A stretch of 63,980 bases of DNA, filler included, from an uncultured Myxococcia bacterium (GTDB lineage: Bacteria; CAZTWC01), in assembly GCA_964617105.1 (NCBI GenBank). It is 3 parts of 3 records of this genome, joined end to end, with 100 filler letters (N's around TTAATTAATTAA, not from the genome) between each part and the next. Parts side by side here need not be neighbours in the genome. Positions count along the whole stretch, not along the records: positions 25,652 to 50,703 come from CAZTWC010000019.1; 2 more parts are not named here. One strand, written 5' to 3'. The translations under genes were made by a program, and so were the position numbers. This document shows positions 38,288 through 49,101 of the stretch, piece by piece (the stretch's first letter is position 1; the number at the start of each line of letters is the position of its first letter). The notes beneath the pieces are model-generated. The model was given only the letters and a program-made list of their open reading frames with translations, did not search any database and was not told the origin of the DNA.

Positions 38288-39070
38288 ATGAACTCGATTA
38301 TCAGCAATTTTAGCCAGGCGGATTTGGTACTCTTTTTCGCCATCATGGCTCGGCTCTCCGGTGTTTTTATACTGGCGCCTTTTTTCTCATCGCCCCAGAT
38401 TTCTGTTCAGGTTAAGGTGATGTTTTCCGTGATGTTGTCGGTGATCATGTTTGTTTTTCTCGACTTTTCAGGCCAGGAGATTTCACTTAAGTTTATGGCC
38501 ATTGTGGTGCTCCTGGTCAAAGAGGTCCTGGTGGGCTTTTTAATAGGCGGTTCAGCCCGTATGCTTTTTGCCGCAGTCACTTTTATGGCGGAAACCCTGA
38601 ATATCCAGATGGGATTCCAGGCCAGTGCCATGATAGATCCCTCTACCGCCGTTCAGGCATCACCGGTAGGTATTCTTGTCAAATTTTTGGCCCTTTCGAT
38701 CTTTTTGCTTCTGGAAGGCCACCATATTATTATCGAAGCACTTCACTATAGTTTCATAACCATTCCTCCAGGTTTTCAACACCTTAACATAGATGTGTTC
38801 GCACATTTGGTAAAAAGCGCCACCACTATTTTTGAGGTTGGCATCCAACTTGCAACTCCTGTAATGGGAGCTATTTTTTTTACCAACGCTGCTTTGGCGC
38901 TTTTGGCCCGGGTAGCACCTCAAACCAATGTTTTTGTATTAGGTATTTCTATCACTATCTTGGTTGGGTTGATTACTTTGATGTTGTCTCTTCCTTATTG
39001 GAGCATGTCTTTCAACTCTCACGTTCAGGGGATGTTCAAAGATTTGGTCGCTCTGATACAGATAATTTAA
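38288..39070 (+). CDS. fliR: Flagellar export protein FliR
   Basis: ARLSG...APFF, KEVLVG, QMGF...DP, GHH, ARVAPQTNVF. Confidence 0.95.
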   Translation: MNSIISNFSQADLVLFFAIMARLSGVFILAPFFSSPQISVQVKVMFSVMLSVIMFVFLDFSGQEISLKFMAIVVLLVKEVLVGFLIGGSARMLFAAVTFMAETLNIQMGFQASAMIDPSTAVQASPVGILVKFLALSIFLLLEGHHIIIEALHYSFITIPPGFQHLNIDVFAHLVKSATTIFEVGIQLATPVMGAIFFTNAALALLARVAPQTNVFVLGISITILVGLITLMLSLPYWSMSFNSHVQGMFKDLVALIQII

Positions 39071-39115
39071 TCTAGTTCCCGCAGGGGGACTGATGGCTGA
39101 GGCAAGTGAAAATCG

Positions 39116-40222
39116 ATGAAGGATGATGGTGCCAATCGGACTGAGCCAGCAACTGCGAAAAAACGCCAAAAGGCGCGGGATGAAGGCCAGGTAAAAAAGA
39201 GCATGGAAGTTATCACTTGTGTGATGATGTTGGCCAGCCTTTTTTATTTGTTTTATCTGGGTCCCTGGACCTGGGACCAATTAAAATATCTTACCACTCT
39301 CTATCTATCTTCCAGCGGTCAATTTTTTATCAACCATGACAATGTCTTTTTCTTTTTTACCGGTGTTCTAAAGAGAGTAATGGTGGTGTTAAGTCCTTTT
39401 TTGGGAATGATGCTGGTGTTCGGTTTCTTTTCCAATTATTTCCAGGTTGGATGGGACCCCCGTTTGAAACCTATAATTCCCAATTTCTCTAAAATAATCC
39501 CCAACATTTCTGCCTTACGAAACATGTTTTTTTCCCTCAATAGTTTGATGGAGTTATTCAAATCAACACTAAAAATGGTTATTATCGGGGGTATCTGTTA
39601 TATAGTTTTAAAAGGAGAGATGGACAATCTCTTCGATTTGCCTGCCAGAACCATTTCATATAGTTTCTCTTTTGCTGCCATGGTGGTAGTCAAAATGTTC
39701 TTTAAAGTCATTTTAATATATATCGTGTTGGCTTTGCTAGACTATTTGTTCAAAAGCTACCAATACGAGGAAAACTTAAAAATGACCAAACAGGAGGTAG
39801 AGGACGAAAACAAGCAGAGCCAGGGTGACCCCAAGGTAAAGGGCGCCATCAGAAAGAAACAGCGGGAAGTGGCTAAGCGGCGTTTTAAACAAGTGATTCC
39901 CGAAGCGGATGTGGTAGTCACCAACCCTACTCACTTTGCCGTGGCCCTGCGTTACAAGGTGGGACTGGATAATTCACCCCGGGTGCTGGCTAAGGGAAAA
40001 AATGATATGGCCAAAAAAGTTAAAGATATTGCCCGGCATCATAATATTCCTATCATAGAAAATCGACCGTTGGCACGACAATTGTATAAAACAGTAAGAG
40101 AGGGTGATGAGATTCCCGAAGAACTGTTTAAGGCAGTAGCACAAGTTTTGGCGTATGTGTATAGAATTAAAAACAGACTTACTAACCAAATGGACATAGA
40201 AAGCCAGGTGGGTATCAATTGA
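39116..40222 (+). CDS. flhB: Flagellar export protein FlhB
   Basis: RTEPATAKK...EGQV, LKMTKQEV, GDPKVK, NPTH autocleavage motif. Confidence 0.97.
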   Translation: MKDDGANRTEPATAKKRQKARDEGQVKKSMEVITCVMMLASLFYLFYLGPWTWDQLKYLTTLYLSSSGQFFINHDNVFFFFTGVLKRVMVVLSPFLGMMLVFGFFSNYFQVGWDPRLKPIIPNFSKIIPNISALRNMFFSLNSLMELFKSTLKMVIIGGICYIVLKGEMDNLFDLPARTISYSFSFAAMVVVKMFFKVILIYIVLALLDYLFKSYQYEENLKMTKQEVEDENKQSQGDPKVKGAIRKKQREVAKRRFKQVIPEADVVVTNPTHFAVALRYKVGLDNSPRVLAKGKNDMAKKVKDIARHHNIPIIENRPLARQLYKTVREGDEIPEELFKAVAQVLAYVYRIKNRLTNQMDIESQVGIN

Positions 40223-40235
40223 TGAGGGTCAAAAT

Positions 40236-42311
40236 ATGAACAATAAATTGACAAAAGAGTCCGTCGGCAAGCATAGTGATTTGGTGCTGGCCATAGGACT
40301 GATTGGTATTTTGGCGGTCATGATTGTCCCTCTGCCCACCATGTTGCTGGATTTACTGCTGGCTTTGAGTATTACTATTGCGGTGATAATCCTGCTGGCT
40401 ATATTATATCTGAAAAGCCCCCTGGAGTTTGCCGCATTTCCATCTATCTTGTTGGTGGTAACCCTGTTCAGGTTATCTCTCAATGTGGCCACCACCAGGC
40501 TGATATTGCTCAAGGGAGAGGATGGACTAAGCGCCGCCGGCAACGTAATTCAGGCTTTTGGCAATTATGTGGTGGGGGGTAATTACGTAGTAGGTATTAT
40601 TATTTTCATCGTGCTCGTAACCATCAACTGGAAGGTGATCATTACCGGTTCCGGCCGTATCGCAGAAGTGGCCGCCCGCTTTACCCTGGACGCTATGCCA
40701 GGTAAACAGATGGCCATAGATGCTGACTTGCAGGCCGGAAACATTAGTGAAGCAGATGCGCGGGAGCGTCGGGATAAGATTCAAAAAGAGGCTGATTTTT
40801 ATGGAGCAATGGATGGTGCCAGTAAGTTTGTTAAAGGTGATACTGTAGCCGGACTGCTTATTACCGGAATCAATATTGTGGGTGGCATTATCATAGGTAT
40901 GGCTCAGAAGAATATGGATGTTGAGACTGCCTTGCAGACCTACACCATTTTGACCATAGGTGACGGCCTGGTGTCGCAGATCCCCTCTTTAATGATTTCG
41001 GTGGCTGCCGGTATGATCGTAACCCGGGCTTCCTCAGATAGTGATTTGGGTTCTGATATCGCCAATCAATTGACACATCACCATCGGGCTCTTGGCGTTG
41101 CCTCAGTAATTTTATTCGGTTTTTGCCTGGTTCCCGGTATGCCGGCGGTGGCATTTTTTCCCCTGGGCGTGGCCACCGGACTTTTTTCTATCCGCCTCAA
41201 GGGATTAAATAGCGATATGAGTGAGTTGGAGGAAACCACTGATGAGGAAGATGTCAGCACCAAGAAAGAGAAGATCGAGACCTTGCTGCCCATTGACCTG
41301 ATGGAACTAGAGGTAGGGTACGGTTTGATTACTCTGGTGGATAGCAATCAGGGCGGAGAGTTACTAGACCGGATCATGTCCATTCGCAAGCAGTTCGCCA
41401 CCGAGTTGGGGCTGATTGTGCCGCCTGTCCATATCAGAGACAACCTGCAGTTAGGTTCTGGTGAATACTCGGTGTTGATTAAAGGTAACCAGGTTGCCAA
41501 GGGTGAGTTGCTCACCGATCGCCACTTAGCTATGAATCCTGGTGATATAACCGAAGAGGTGCCAGGAATTGCCACCACCGAGCCCGCTTTTGGTCTGCCG
41601 GCTATCTGGATTGCCAGTGACCAGAAAGAGAGAGCTGAAACCCTGGGTTATACAGTGGTAGATTGCTCAACCGTTATTGCCACCCACTTGACGGAAATAA
41701 TCAGGAGCAACGCCCATGAGATGCTGGGACGTCAGGAACTGCAGGAATTGCTGGACATTTTTGCCGAACAGAATCCAAAAGTGGTGGAAGACCTGGTACC
41801 AAACCAACTCAGCCTGGGAGAGGTTTTAAAGGTCACCAAAAATTTACTCAAAGAGCAAGTTTCTATCCGCGATTTACGGACCATTTTGGAAACTTTGGCA
41901 GACAACGCTCCTGTTACCAAGAATACCGATATATTGACCGAGTTTGTCCGTAAAAGTCTTTCGACCTATTTAACCAACCGGTTTAAGTCTGAGGATGAAA
42001 AACTTTATGTAATGAATTTTAGCCCTCAAGCAGAAGAGGTGTTGAGAAATTCACTCCAGTCCAGGGACGATGAAGTTCACCTGGTCCTGGATCCCAACAC
42101 CGCGGAAAATATGATTAGAGAGATTGAGCAGAACATGGAAAACTTTTCCCTGGTGGGGGCTTCTCCAGTGTTGTTGACCGCACCGGAAGTAAGGCGGGCG
42201 GTTTGGTATCTGCTGGAACGCTTTGTGCCCAATCTGGCCATCTTATCTCACTTTGAGATTGCCCCTCAGGTTCAACTGGAGTCACTGGGAGTGCTGGAGA
42301 TGGCAGGTTAG
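40236..42311 (+). CDS. flhA: Flagellar export protein FlhA
   Basis: FPSILLVVTLFRLSLNVATTR, AEVAARFTLDAMPGKQMAIDADL, DFYGAMDGASKFVKGD, IGDGLVSQIP. Confidence 0.98.
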   Translation: MNNKLTKESVGKHSDLVLAIGLIGILAVMIVPLPTMLLDLLLALSITIAVIILLAILYLKSPLEFAAFPSILLVVTLFRLSLNVATTRLILLKGEDGLSAAGNVIQAFGNYVVGGNYVVGIIIFIVLVTINWKVIITGSGRIAEVAARFTLDAMPGKQMAIDADLQAGNISEADARERRDKIQKEADFYGAMDGASKFVKGDTVAGLLITGINIVGGIIIGMAQKNMDVETALQTYTILTIGDGLVSQIPSLMISVAAGMIVTRASSDSDLGSDIANQLTHHHRALGVASVILFGFCLVPGMPAVAFFPLGVATGLFSIRLKGLNSDMSELEETTDEEDVSTKKEKIETLLPIDLMELEVGYGLITLVDSNQGGELLDRIMSIRKQFATELGLIVPPVHIRDNLQLGSGEYSVLIKGNQVAKGELLTDRHLAMNPGDITEEVPGIATTEPAFGLPAIWIASDQKERAETLGYTVVDCSTVIATHLTEIIRSNAHEMLGRQELQELLDIFAEQNPKVVEDLVPNQLSLGEVLKVTKNLLKEQVSIRDLRTILETLADNAPVTKNTDILTEFVRKSLSTYLTNRFKSEDEKLYVMNFSPQAEEVLRNSLQSRDDEVHLVLDPNTAENMIREIEQNMENFSLVGASPVLLTAPEVRRAVWYLLERFVPNLAILSHFEIAPQVQLESLGVLEMAG

Positions 42312-42363
42312 GTTAAAGATAATAAGTTTAAGTAATTATTTATAGAGCAAGTCGGAGGTTGCA

Positions 42364-43647
42364 ATGAACCAACAGTTAAGAAAGTATACAGCCAGGACAA
42401 TGAAAGATGCTATCGCTAGTATTAAAAAGGAATTAGGGCCGCAGGCGGTAGTGATTTCGGTGCGTCAGATCAAAAGTGGCGGCAAGCCTATGCTGGAGGT
42501 GACTGCAGCTCCCAACGACTACAATATAGCTCCGGTGTCCAACAGGAAGGTCAAAGGGAAAGCCAAGAATCCCTATTTGCAAAACCAGACCGGGCAAACC
42601 GCTGAGTCAAATCAAACTACTGTTGACTCAAAGGGCAATATGCAAATTCAATTTAGAGACTTGGAGAAAAATCTCTCCAATTGCATCTCCAGCCAGATTG
42701 ATAGTTGTGATTTGCCCAGCAAGTCAGATATGCAGACCAGGTTTGAAGAGTTGAAGAACTTATTGGTACCTCTGGTGCATAGCGCCCAGGCCTCCAAAAA
42801 ATATCAATTGCCCCAAAATTTTGCCAACTATGTTTATCAATTGACTGAGGCGGGTTTGGACGAGATGTTGGCAGAGGAGTTGGTCCGCATCACCATGGAC
42901 AAGATCAATAGAAATATGAAGGGCTATGAAGAAAGTGTGAACGACCGGACCATCAACTATTATCTGAGGCAACTTCTGGAAAAAAATATCAAAGTTTGCA
43001 AATCTGTTCTGTCGGAAAAAGGCGGGTGGAAGGTTGTGGCCTTTGTTGGCGCCACCGGAGTGGGCAAGACCACAACCGTCGCCAAATTGGCGGCTATCAC
43101 TCAATTGAAGGCCAATAAAAAAGTGGGGCTTATCACCATTGATACTTACCGGATTGCGGCCATAGAGCAGTTGAGAAAATATGCCGATATTATGGGTTTA
43201 CCTCTGGAGGTAGCGGTGACCAGGGAGGGATTAGTGAAGGCTTTGAAAAGGTTTGAAAACATGGATATGGTGCTGATTGATACTGCCGGCCGCAATCCTT
43301 TGGATAAAGGATCTATTAGCTCTCTCAAAGAGATGTTTAACGGATTACCCATAGAGGTGCACTTAACCTTGAGCGCTACTACCGATGACAGGACCAACAG
43401 GCGTATCGCCGCTAACTTTCAGGAGTTGGGCTATGACCACCTGCTATTTACCAAACTGGATGAAACCCTGAATTACGGCACTATTTTCAATACCTATTTG
43501 GAAGCCAAAAAAACGCTCTCTTTTCTCACCACCGGCCAAAAGGTGCCGGAAGATATTGAGATAGCCAGTGCTGCTAAAATTGCAACTTTGCTTTTAGATC
43601 ACGCCTCTGGCCTGGATGATATTAAGGGGAAGAGCAAGGCGGCCTGA
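42364..43647 (+). CDS. flhF: Flagellar SRP-type GTPase FlhF
   Basis: IKKELGPQAVVIS, GATGVGKTTTVAKLAA, DTYRIAA, DTAGR, TKLDET, GQKVPEDI. Confidence 0.96.
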   Translation: MNQQLRKYTARTMKDAIASIKKELGPQAVVISVRQIKSGGKPMLEVTAAPNDYNIAPVSNRKVKGKAKNPYLQNQTGQTAESNQTTVDSKGNMQIQFRDLEKNLSNCISSQIDSCDLPSKSDMQTRFEELKNLLVPLVHSAQASKKYQLPQNFANYVYQLTEAGLDEMLAEELVRITMDKINRNMKGYEESVNDRTINYYLRQLLEKNIKVCKSVLSEKGGWKVVAFVGATGVGKTTTVAKLAAITQLKANKKVGLITIDTYRIAAIEQLRKYADIMGLPLEVAVTREGLVKALKRFENMDMVLIDTAGRNPLDKGSISSLKEMFNGLPIEVHLTLSATTDDRTNRRIAANFQELGYDHLLFTKLDETLNYGTIFNTYLEAKKTLSFLTTGQKVPEDIEIASAAKIATLLLDHASGLDDIKGKSKAA

Positions 43648-43853
43648 GTAGCGAACCTCAATACCCACTCCCCTAAAATTGACCTTTCCCTTTTATTAGA
43701 AACTGTGTTATTGATATAACCTAAAATTAGTTATTTACAGTCTCGGCCATTGAGCAAATCGTTGACTTAAAACATAATGATATCAACAAGTTGTTTAGAA
43801 GTGTTGATATTTGGTAATTGCCTGTATTGTTCAAAAAAGGATTAAACCAGCCA

Positions 43854-45383
43854 ATGACAAACAGTAATTCAACTCAAACGGCGGCCCCTGGGGGAAATCG
43901 GGTCTATCAATATTTCGACCGGGTTTGCTCTAAAATAGAAAACACTGAATTCAATGCTACGGTGTATATTTCCGTAGTTATGCTGGTTGGTTTCTGCCGG
44001 GTTATCTTTGAGGTCCTCTTCCAGGGAGAAGTTGCCCTTGATATGGATGATCTTTGCAACTGGCCGGCTCTCTACCTGGTGCTTGTACCTGTTTTTGTGG
44101 TTTGGATGTCCCCCCTGTTAAAAATGCCCCGGGAAAAACTATTTAATATAGTTTTGGTAGGCACCCTGTTTGGGGTCTTGCCCCCGGTTTACGATATCTT
44201 TTTAACCGGTTGGTGGAAAGCCACCTATGCCTATCACCTACAAACCCCTTGGCATTTTTACGCGCCTCCCGCACTTCCTTTGGGAGAAGCCGCCACCGTA
44301 TGGTCAACCATTGTATTTACCACCGCCTATATTGCTTTTCGCTCCAAATCAATAATCAAGACCCTGGCGGGTATATTTTTAAGTTGGCTATCGCTTTGGG
44401 TGCTCAGTCAATCCTATCTCTATGCCTTATATCTGTTTAAACTTATGAGGTTCAGTGATGAACATATGATGGGTGATCGACCCTTGACTTTCTTATATAT
44501 TTTGATCTCTCTCTTTGCTTATATCCTGTTTAACTACCAGCGATTCAAATATTCTTTCAAACGGATACTCCACTGCTTGCCCTGGTTTTTTCTAACCCTA
44601 ATCGGAGGAAAACTGGTGGGAAATGTGGCATCAATTACCGTGTTATTAGGATTTGTGGTAAGTCTCTTTTTTATGATGGTGATGATCCAAAACGACTATT
44701 ACGATAAAGAATCGGATAAAATAAATAAGCGGGAATCCAGAATCAACCAGCAAGATGTGGATTTTTTTCATTATCTGATGCTGTGGTTGGCCATCTTTTT
44801 TTACTTTGTAACCGGTACCTAGCTAGTTACTTTCTTATTGTTCATCTTCCAGATTATCACTCTGCTTTACCACCACCCGTCGACCTATTTTAAAAAGGTA
44901 TTTCCTATCTCTTATTTTATCGAAGGTGGCGCTGCCACCATCGCGGTCGCCATTGGCTGCATGATTGAAGTGGGGGGGCCTAAGAATATCACCAGAGATG
45001 GCTACATAATAATGATCTGCCTGTTACTGGTATTTCTCGGTTTTTCCTGCTCCTCCCCCATGAAAGACTACAAAGATATTGAGGGCGACCGGGCCACAGA
45101 CACCGATACACTCTATGTTTTGTGGCAGAAGTGGGGTGGCAGGATAGAAACAGCTCACCTTCTGATTACCATAAACCTGATTATCTGTAACATCGTGCCT
45201 CTTATTTTGGTGCTTGAACGGCTGGGCCTGGCGCTGACCATTGGATATGGTTTGGTAATCTCCGTTCTTTTTTACCTGGCCATGACTCAAATCAAAGATA
45301 AGTTTTTAACCGTTGAAGCGGGATTGGTTTTAGTTAATTTCAATCTGTTGTTTATATTTCTTTTCTTTACTTCGCCATTTTAA
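43854..45383 (+). pseudogene. UbiA prenyltransferase-like membrane protein interrupted by one in-frame TAG (44820-44822)
   Basis: ORFs 43818-44822 and 44838-45383 are in the same frame (ACC GGT ACC TAG CTA GTT ACT TTC TTA TTG). Asp-rich motif 1 NDYYDKESDKIN precedes the stop and motif 2 KDYKDIEGD follows it. Confidence 0.7.
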
Positions 45384-45432
45384 TGCCAGGTTGACGAGTT
45401 CCCGGTAATTTATCCAAATGCGCCGTGAGTTG

Positions 45433-47478
45433 TCACTGTTTTCGCTTCGGCGATACATCCTGGATATCTATCTTCATATCCATCACTTTCATGTTGGGCT
45501 TTGCTTGCGGCTTTTTAAACTTTGGTTTTTCCCTGCCCTTTATAGTTTTATCGATTGAATCCTGAAGCATCTCCAGGCGTTTTCCTTTTGGTACCCATTC
45601 GCTGCGCAACTCTAAAGAAAGATCTATCTTCCAATCCCGGTCAATAACCTGGTCGTGCATCTCATCTTCCAATTTGGCCAACTCCAGGTTTAAAGATTGC
45701 ATTCGCCTGGCCAGGGTTTTGGTAACCTTTTCTTTTTGTTCCCATAAAGTAACCATAATGCCCATTTCACATTTTATCTCGAAATCGGCGATAATCTCGA
45801 TAATTCCCTTGATCCAACGCTGATATTGATGCTTATACAAACTCTCATTTTGGGTTCGATAATTGCTTATTCGGGCTGACAGTTGTTTGAACATTTTTTG
45901 GCTGGTACTAAGATTTGCCAGCATTTTTTGGTTAATGCGTTGATTTTGTTCCTCCTGCAGTTTTATGTATCGCCCTACTTTTCCCTTCAAGGCGCTGTAA
46001 TCATAAAAAAAAGATAACCCCGCCAGTTTTTTTTCCATCCCTAGAAGTTCTGAATAGATACTTTTCCCCTTGGCCAACATCTCACCCCGGCTGGGATCTA
46101 ATAAAACCGGTGAGGAGCGGGATACTTTTTTTAATGTCTCCATAGAAAGGATGGCTTTTTCAATATCTTCAGCCGCAATTTTTAAGTCATTTTCCAGAGA
46201 AATCATAGTCTGTAAAAAAGATGCCTCCTTTACCCAATTAACAATGGTGGGGCCTAAAGACTTTTTAGAAATTATTTGCGACTGTTGTACCAACTTTTGA
46301 TAAGTTATGGGGGCTTCGGAAGATGATGTCGATAAAATTTCTCGTAATTTGCCGGCTAATAGTTTTTGATGCTTTAAAAGACGTATAAAATAGACTTGGG
46401 TTTGGTTATACTTCTCCTGTTTTCTGAGAATATGCCCTTTTAACAGCCAGGCATCTGCTTCGATTAGTTGGGTTGGCGTCCCTTGCAAATAGAGGTCCAA
46501 AGTCTGTAGTGCCTTAGATAGATCGCCGATCCAATAATAGGCCCAGGTGGTTTCGTAAAGTACCCGGGAAAACTTTTCAAAAGTAGCATCTATTTTTTTA
46601 TAAAATTTGACCGCTGGTTTATATTGTTTTTTTTCAAAAGTCAAACGGGCCAGGGAAAAGTAGACCTGATTTAAAATGGGGTTAAATTTATCAGCATTTT
46701 CCAGGCGGGCGGCGATCTGTGTCAATATTTTAATGGCAACCGCTATTTCTCCTTCCATAACTTTGGCCAGCGACAAGTAATAACGGCATTTTACATTTTC
46801 CTGGGCCAATTGCAGGCATACCGAAAAAGCGTCCTGAGCAGACTGAACATCCTTAGTCATTAAAAAGTGGCGGCCTATCCGGTAATTGAGATCTACCAAC
46901 TCTTTTGAAGATACCTCAAAATGGTCCCTCTCCAGGATATCAGCGGCAGTATTGAAATAGATATTCAAGTTAGCAGAAGATATATTCCGTTTTTCTTCGA
47001 TAAGGTAAAAGATAGCCTGCCAAAGCCATTTGTCCTCATCACGGCTGATATTTTTTTTGTAAAAATCATAGTTCTGGATAAATTCATTATACATCCAAAA
47101 AGCCATAAAGTGGTTATTTACCGCTTCCATGGCCTGGGCCATAAAAAAGATAGCCAGCCAGATAAAACGTTTTTTTCTAACCTGTTTATTGATAATAACC
47201 ATACTCAGGTTGTCGATTGCCTCCTGGAAATCCTCCTCCAGCAGCGCCTGTTTTCCTTGCATGAAGCGTTTCTGCATAGCCTTGTTCATCTGCTCTTCGA
47301 TTGTTACGCTACCTGTCTTTAAAAGGTACTGATACTGGTAATTCAGGTTGTCAACCCTCTCTTTGAAGACTTGTTCCGATTTATCCATATCCTTGCGGGC
47401 AGCCAGCAGAGGGCACCACAGCATGGAAACAATTAGTGTGATCAGAGTGGAGATATTTATTTTGTATAGGTTTTTCAA
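45433..47478 (-). CDS. Exported tetratricopeptide-repeat / coiled-coil protein
   Basis: Signal peptide and multiple TPR-like helix pairs (YRIGRHFL, YYLSLA, YFSLARL, YETTWAYY, AWLLKGHIL). 4-nt overlap with birA. Confidence 0.75.
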   Translation of the reverse strand: MKNLYKINISTLITLIVSMLWCPLLAARKDMDKSEQVFKERVDNLNYQYQYLLKTGSVTIEEQMNKAMQKRFMQGKQALLEEDFQEAIDNLSMVIINKQVRKKRFIWLAIFFMAQAMEAVNNHFMAFWMYNEFIQNYDFYKKNISRDEDKWLWQAIFYLIEEKRNISSANLNIYFNTAADILERDHFEVSSKELVDLNYRIGRHFLMTKDVQSAQDAFSVCLQLAQENVKCRYYLSLAKVMEGEIAVAIKILTQIAARLENADKFNPILNQVYFSLARLTFEKKQYKPAVKFYKKIDATFEKFSRVLYETTWAYYWIGDLSKALQTLDLYLQGTPTQLIEADAWLLKGHILRKQEKYNQTQVYFIRLLKHQKLLAGKLREILSTSSSEAPITYQKLVQQSQIISKKSLGPTIVNWVKEASFLQTMISLENDLKIAAEDIEKAILSMETLKKVSRSSPVLLDPSRGEMLAKGKSIYSELLGMEKKLAGLSFFYDYSALKGKVGRYIKLQEEQNQRINQKMLANLSTSQKMFKQLSARISNYRTQNESLYKHQYQRWIKGIIEIIADFEIKCEMGIMVTLWEQKEKVTKTLARRMQSLNLELAKLEDEMHDQVIDRDWKIDLSLELRSEWVPKGKRLEMLQDSIDKTIKGREKPKFKKPQAKPNMKVMDMKIDIQDVSPKRKQ

Positions 47479-48233
47479 TGGATAATATCTCCGGCAATAA
47501 CGGTTATGATATCTCCAGCCTGGTTTTCTATTCGCAATCGACCCCAGTCATCAATATCCACGGCACGGCCTGTTTTCTTTTCTCCATCCAACACTATTGT
47601 CACTTTTTTGCCAATGGTTGAACTGTATTGGCGCCATTTTTTTAGCACCAAAGCCAACTGACCATCTGAAATCATTTTGAATAACTGATATAGGTTTTGG
47701 ATAATAGATGATAAAAGCAAATTGCGATTAAATAAATGACCGGTTTCAATATAGATGGAGGAGGCGGTGTTTTCTATCTCTGAAGGGAAATGACAGGGTT
47801 CCATATTTACATTTATTCCAAAGCCGATAATCACCGCATTGGCATTGGCAATCTCACAGAGAACGCCGCCAAGTTTCCGTTTATCCGCCAGGATATCATT
47901 GGGCCATTTGATAGTCGCGGCAAAGTTGCAAACCTGCTCAATGGCATCCTTCAGAGCAACAGATACTACAAGGGGGAGAGATGACAGAGCCTGGGGGCCA
48001 AATTTATGGTGATAAAGCAAAGAAGCGTAAATATTCACTCCTGGCGGTGAGTGCCAGGTCCGGCCGAGTCTTCCTCGTCCATGTTTTTGTAGATTAGCGC
48101 TAACCAACCGGTCAATTTGGTTTTGACCGGCCGTTTCCTGTAAATACGAATTGGTAGATTCAATTTCAATCAGGTGGTGGTGTTCAATAGCATGGTCCGC
48201 AAATGTCAAGGAGATAATTGTATCATCGTTCAT
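47475..48233 (-). CDS. birA: Biotin--acetyl-CoA-carboxylase ligase (no HTH)
   Basis: STNSYL, QKHGRGRLGRTWHSPPG, IKWPNDI, KLGGVLCE, IGFGINVN. Confidence 0.95.
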   Translation of the reverse strand: MNDDTIISLTFADHAIEHHHLIEIESTNSYLQETAGQNQIDRLVSANLQKHGRGRLGRTWHSPPGVNIYASLLYHHKFGPQALSSLPLVVSVALKDAIEQVCNFAATIKWPNDILADKRKLGGVLCEIANANAVIIGFGINVNMEPCHFPSEIENTASSIYIETGHLFNRNLLLSSIIQNLYQLFKMISDGQLALVLKKWRQYSSTIGKKVTIVLDGEKKTGRAVDIDDWGRLRIENQAGDIITVIAGDIIH

Positions 48234-49099
48234 GTTGCTTTTGTCGATACCACTTCCATAGAGATATCAACAGCAGGAGCAGAATGGGTTATAGCACCAA
48301 TAGAGATATAATCTACTCCAGTGGCGGCAATTTTTTCTACTGTGTCCAGAGTTACTCCTCCCGATGCCTCTATTTTAATCGAATCATCCTTTTGCCGGCA
48401 CAACTCCACGGCCTCTCTCATCGGCTGGATATCCATATTATCCAACATTATCATATCAGCACCAGCGGCAATAGCCTCTTCCAGTTCAGCAAAACTCTCT
48501 ACTTCCACCTCCACTGCGGTAAGGGGAGGATTTATCTCTCTCATTTTGCTTACTGCTGCTGGTATTGAGCCAAACAGTTCCCGATGGTTGTCTTTAATCA
48601 ATACCGCATCAAAAAGCCCCAGGCGATGATTTTTTCCTTTGCCGTGCATTACTGCTTCTTTTTCCAGCAACCGCAATCCGGGAGTAGTTTTTCTGGTATC
48701 CAGGATATAACCGGGATATGCTTTTATGGCTTCTACAAAACGGTTAGTATAGGTGGCAATACCAGACAGGTGCATGATAAAGTTTAAAGCAATTCGCTCT
48801 CCGGCCAATAGATACCTTAGCGGTCCACTTACCATGGCCAACTCTTCACCAGGTTTGGCTATACTGCCATCCGGTTTGCTCAACTTAAATTCAATACCCG
48901 GGTCCAGGAATCGGTAAAAATCTTTAGCCACCATTAAACCGGAGATACAACAGTCCATCTTGGCAATGATCCTGGCTTTACCAACCATATCTTCGGCAAT
49001 GGCTTTAGATGTGATATCCCCTTTAATACCGGCTGGTCCTAAGTCTTCCAGTATGGCTAGTTGAAATAATTGTTCAAGATTAATATGGCTCTCCATCAC
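48230..49099 (-). CDS. nadC: Nicotinate-nucleotide pyrophosphorylase (carboxylating)
   Basis: GDITS, ERIALN, LSGIAT, DTRKTTPGLR, HRLGLFDAVLIKDNH, IMLDN, EASGG, THSAP. Confidence 0.97.
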   Translation of the reverse strand: MMESHINLEQLFQLAILEDLGPAGIKGDITSKAIAEDMVGKARIIAKMDCCISGLMVAKDFYRFLDPGIEFKLSKPDGSIAKPGEELAMVSGPLRYLLAGERIALNFIMHLSGIATYTNRFVEAIKAYPGYILDTRKTTPGLRLLEKEAVMHGKGKNHRLGLFDAVLIKDNHRELFGSIPAAVSKMREINPPLTAVEVEVESFAELEEAIAAGADMIMLDNMDIQPMREAVELCRQKDDSIKIEASGGVTLDTVEKIAATGVDYISIGAITHSAPAVDISMEVVSTKAT

Positions 49100-49101
49100 T
49101 A

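Noticed and set aside
31024-39087. TTCCCGCAGGGG at 31024-31035 and 39076-39087
   Set aside because: Both are intergenic mini-hairpins, but two 12-bp copies are too little to call a family.
43780-43810. Inverted repeat ATATCAACA-N13-TGTTGATAT upstream of the UbiA-like gene
   Set aside because: AT-rich, single occurrence, and no regulator can be assigned.
44820-44822. Genome-wide TAG reassignment
   Set aside because: TAG terminates ychF, ftsY, fliM, fliN and flhA at their expected C-termini.
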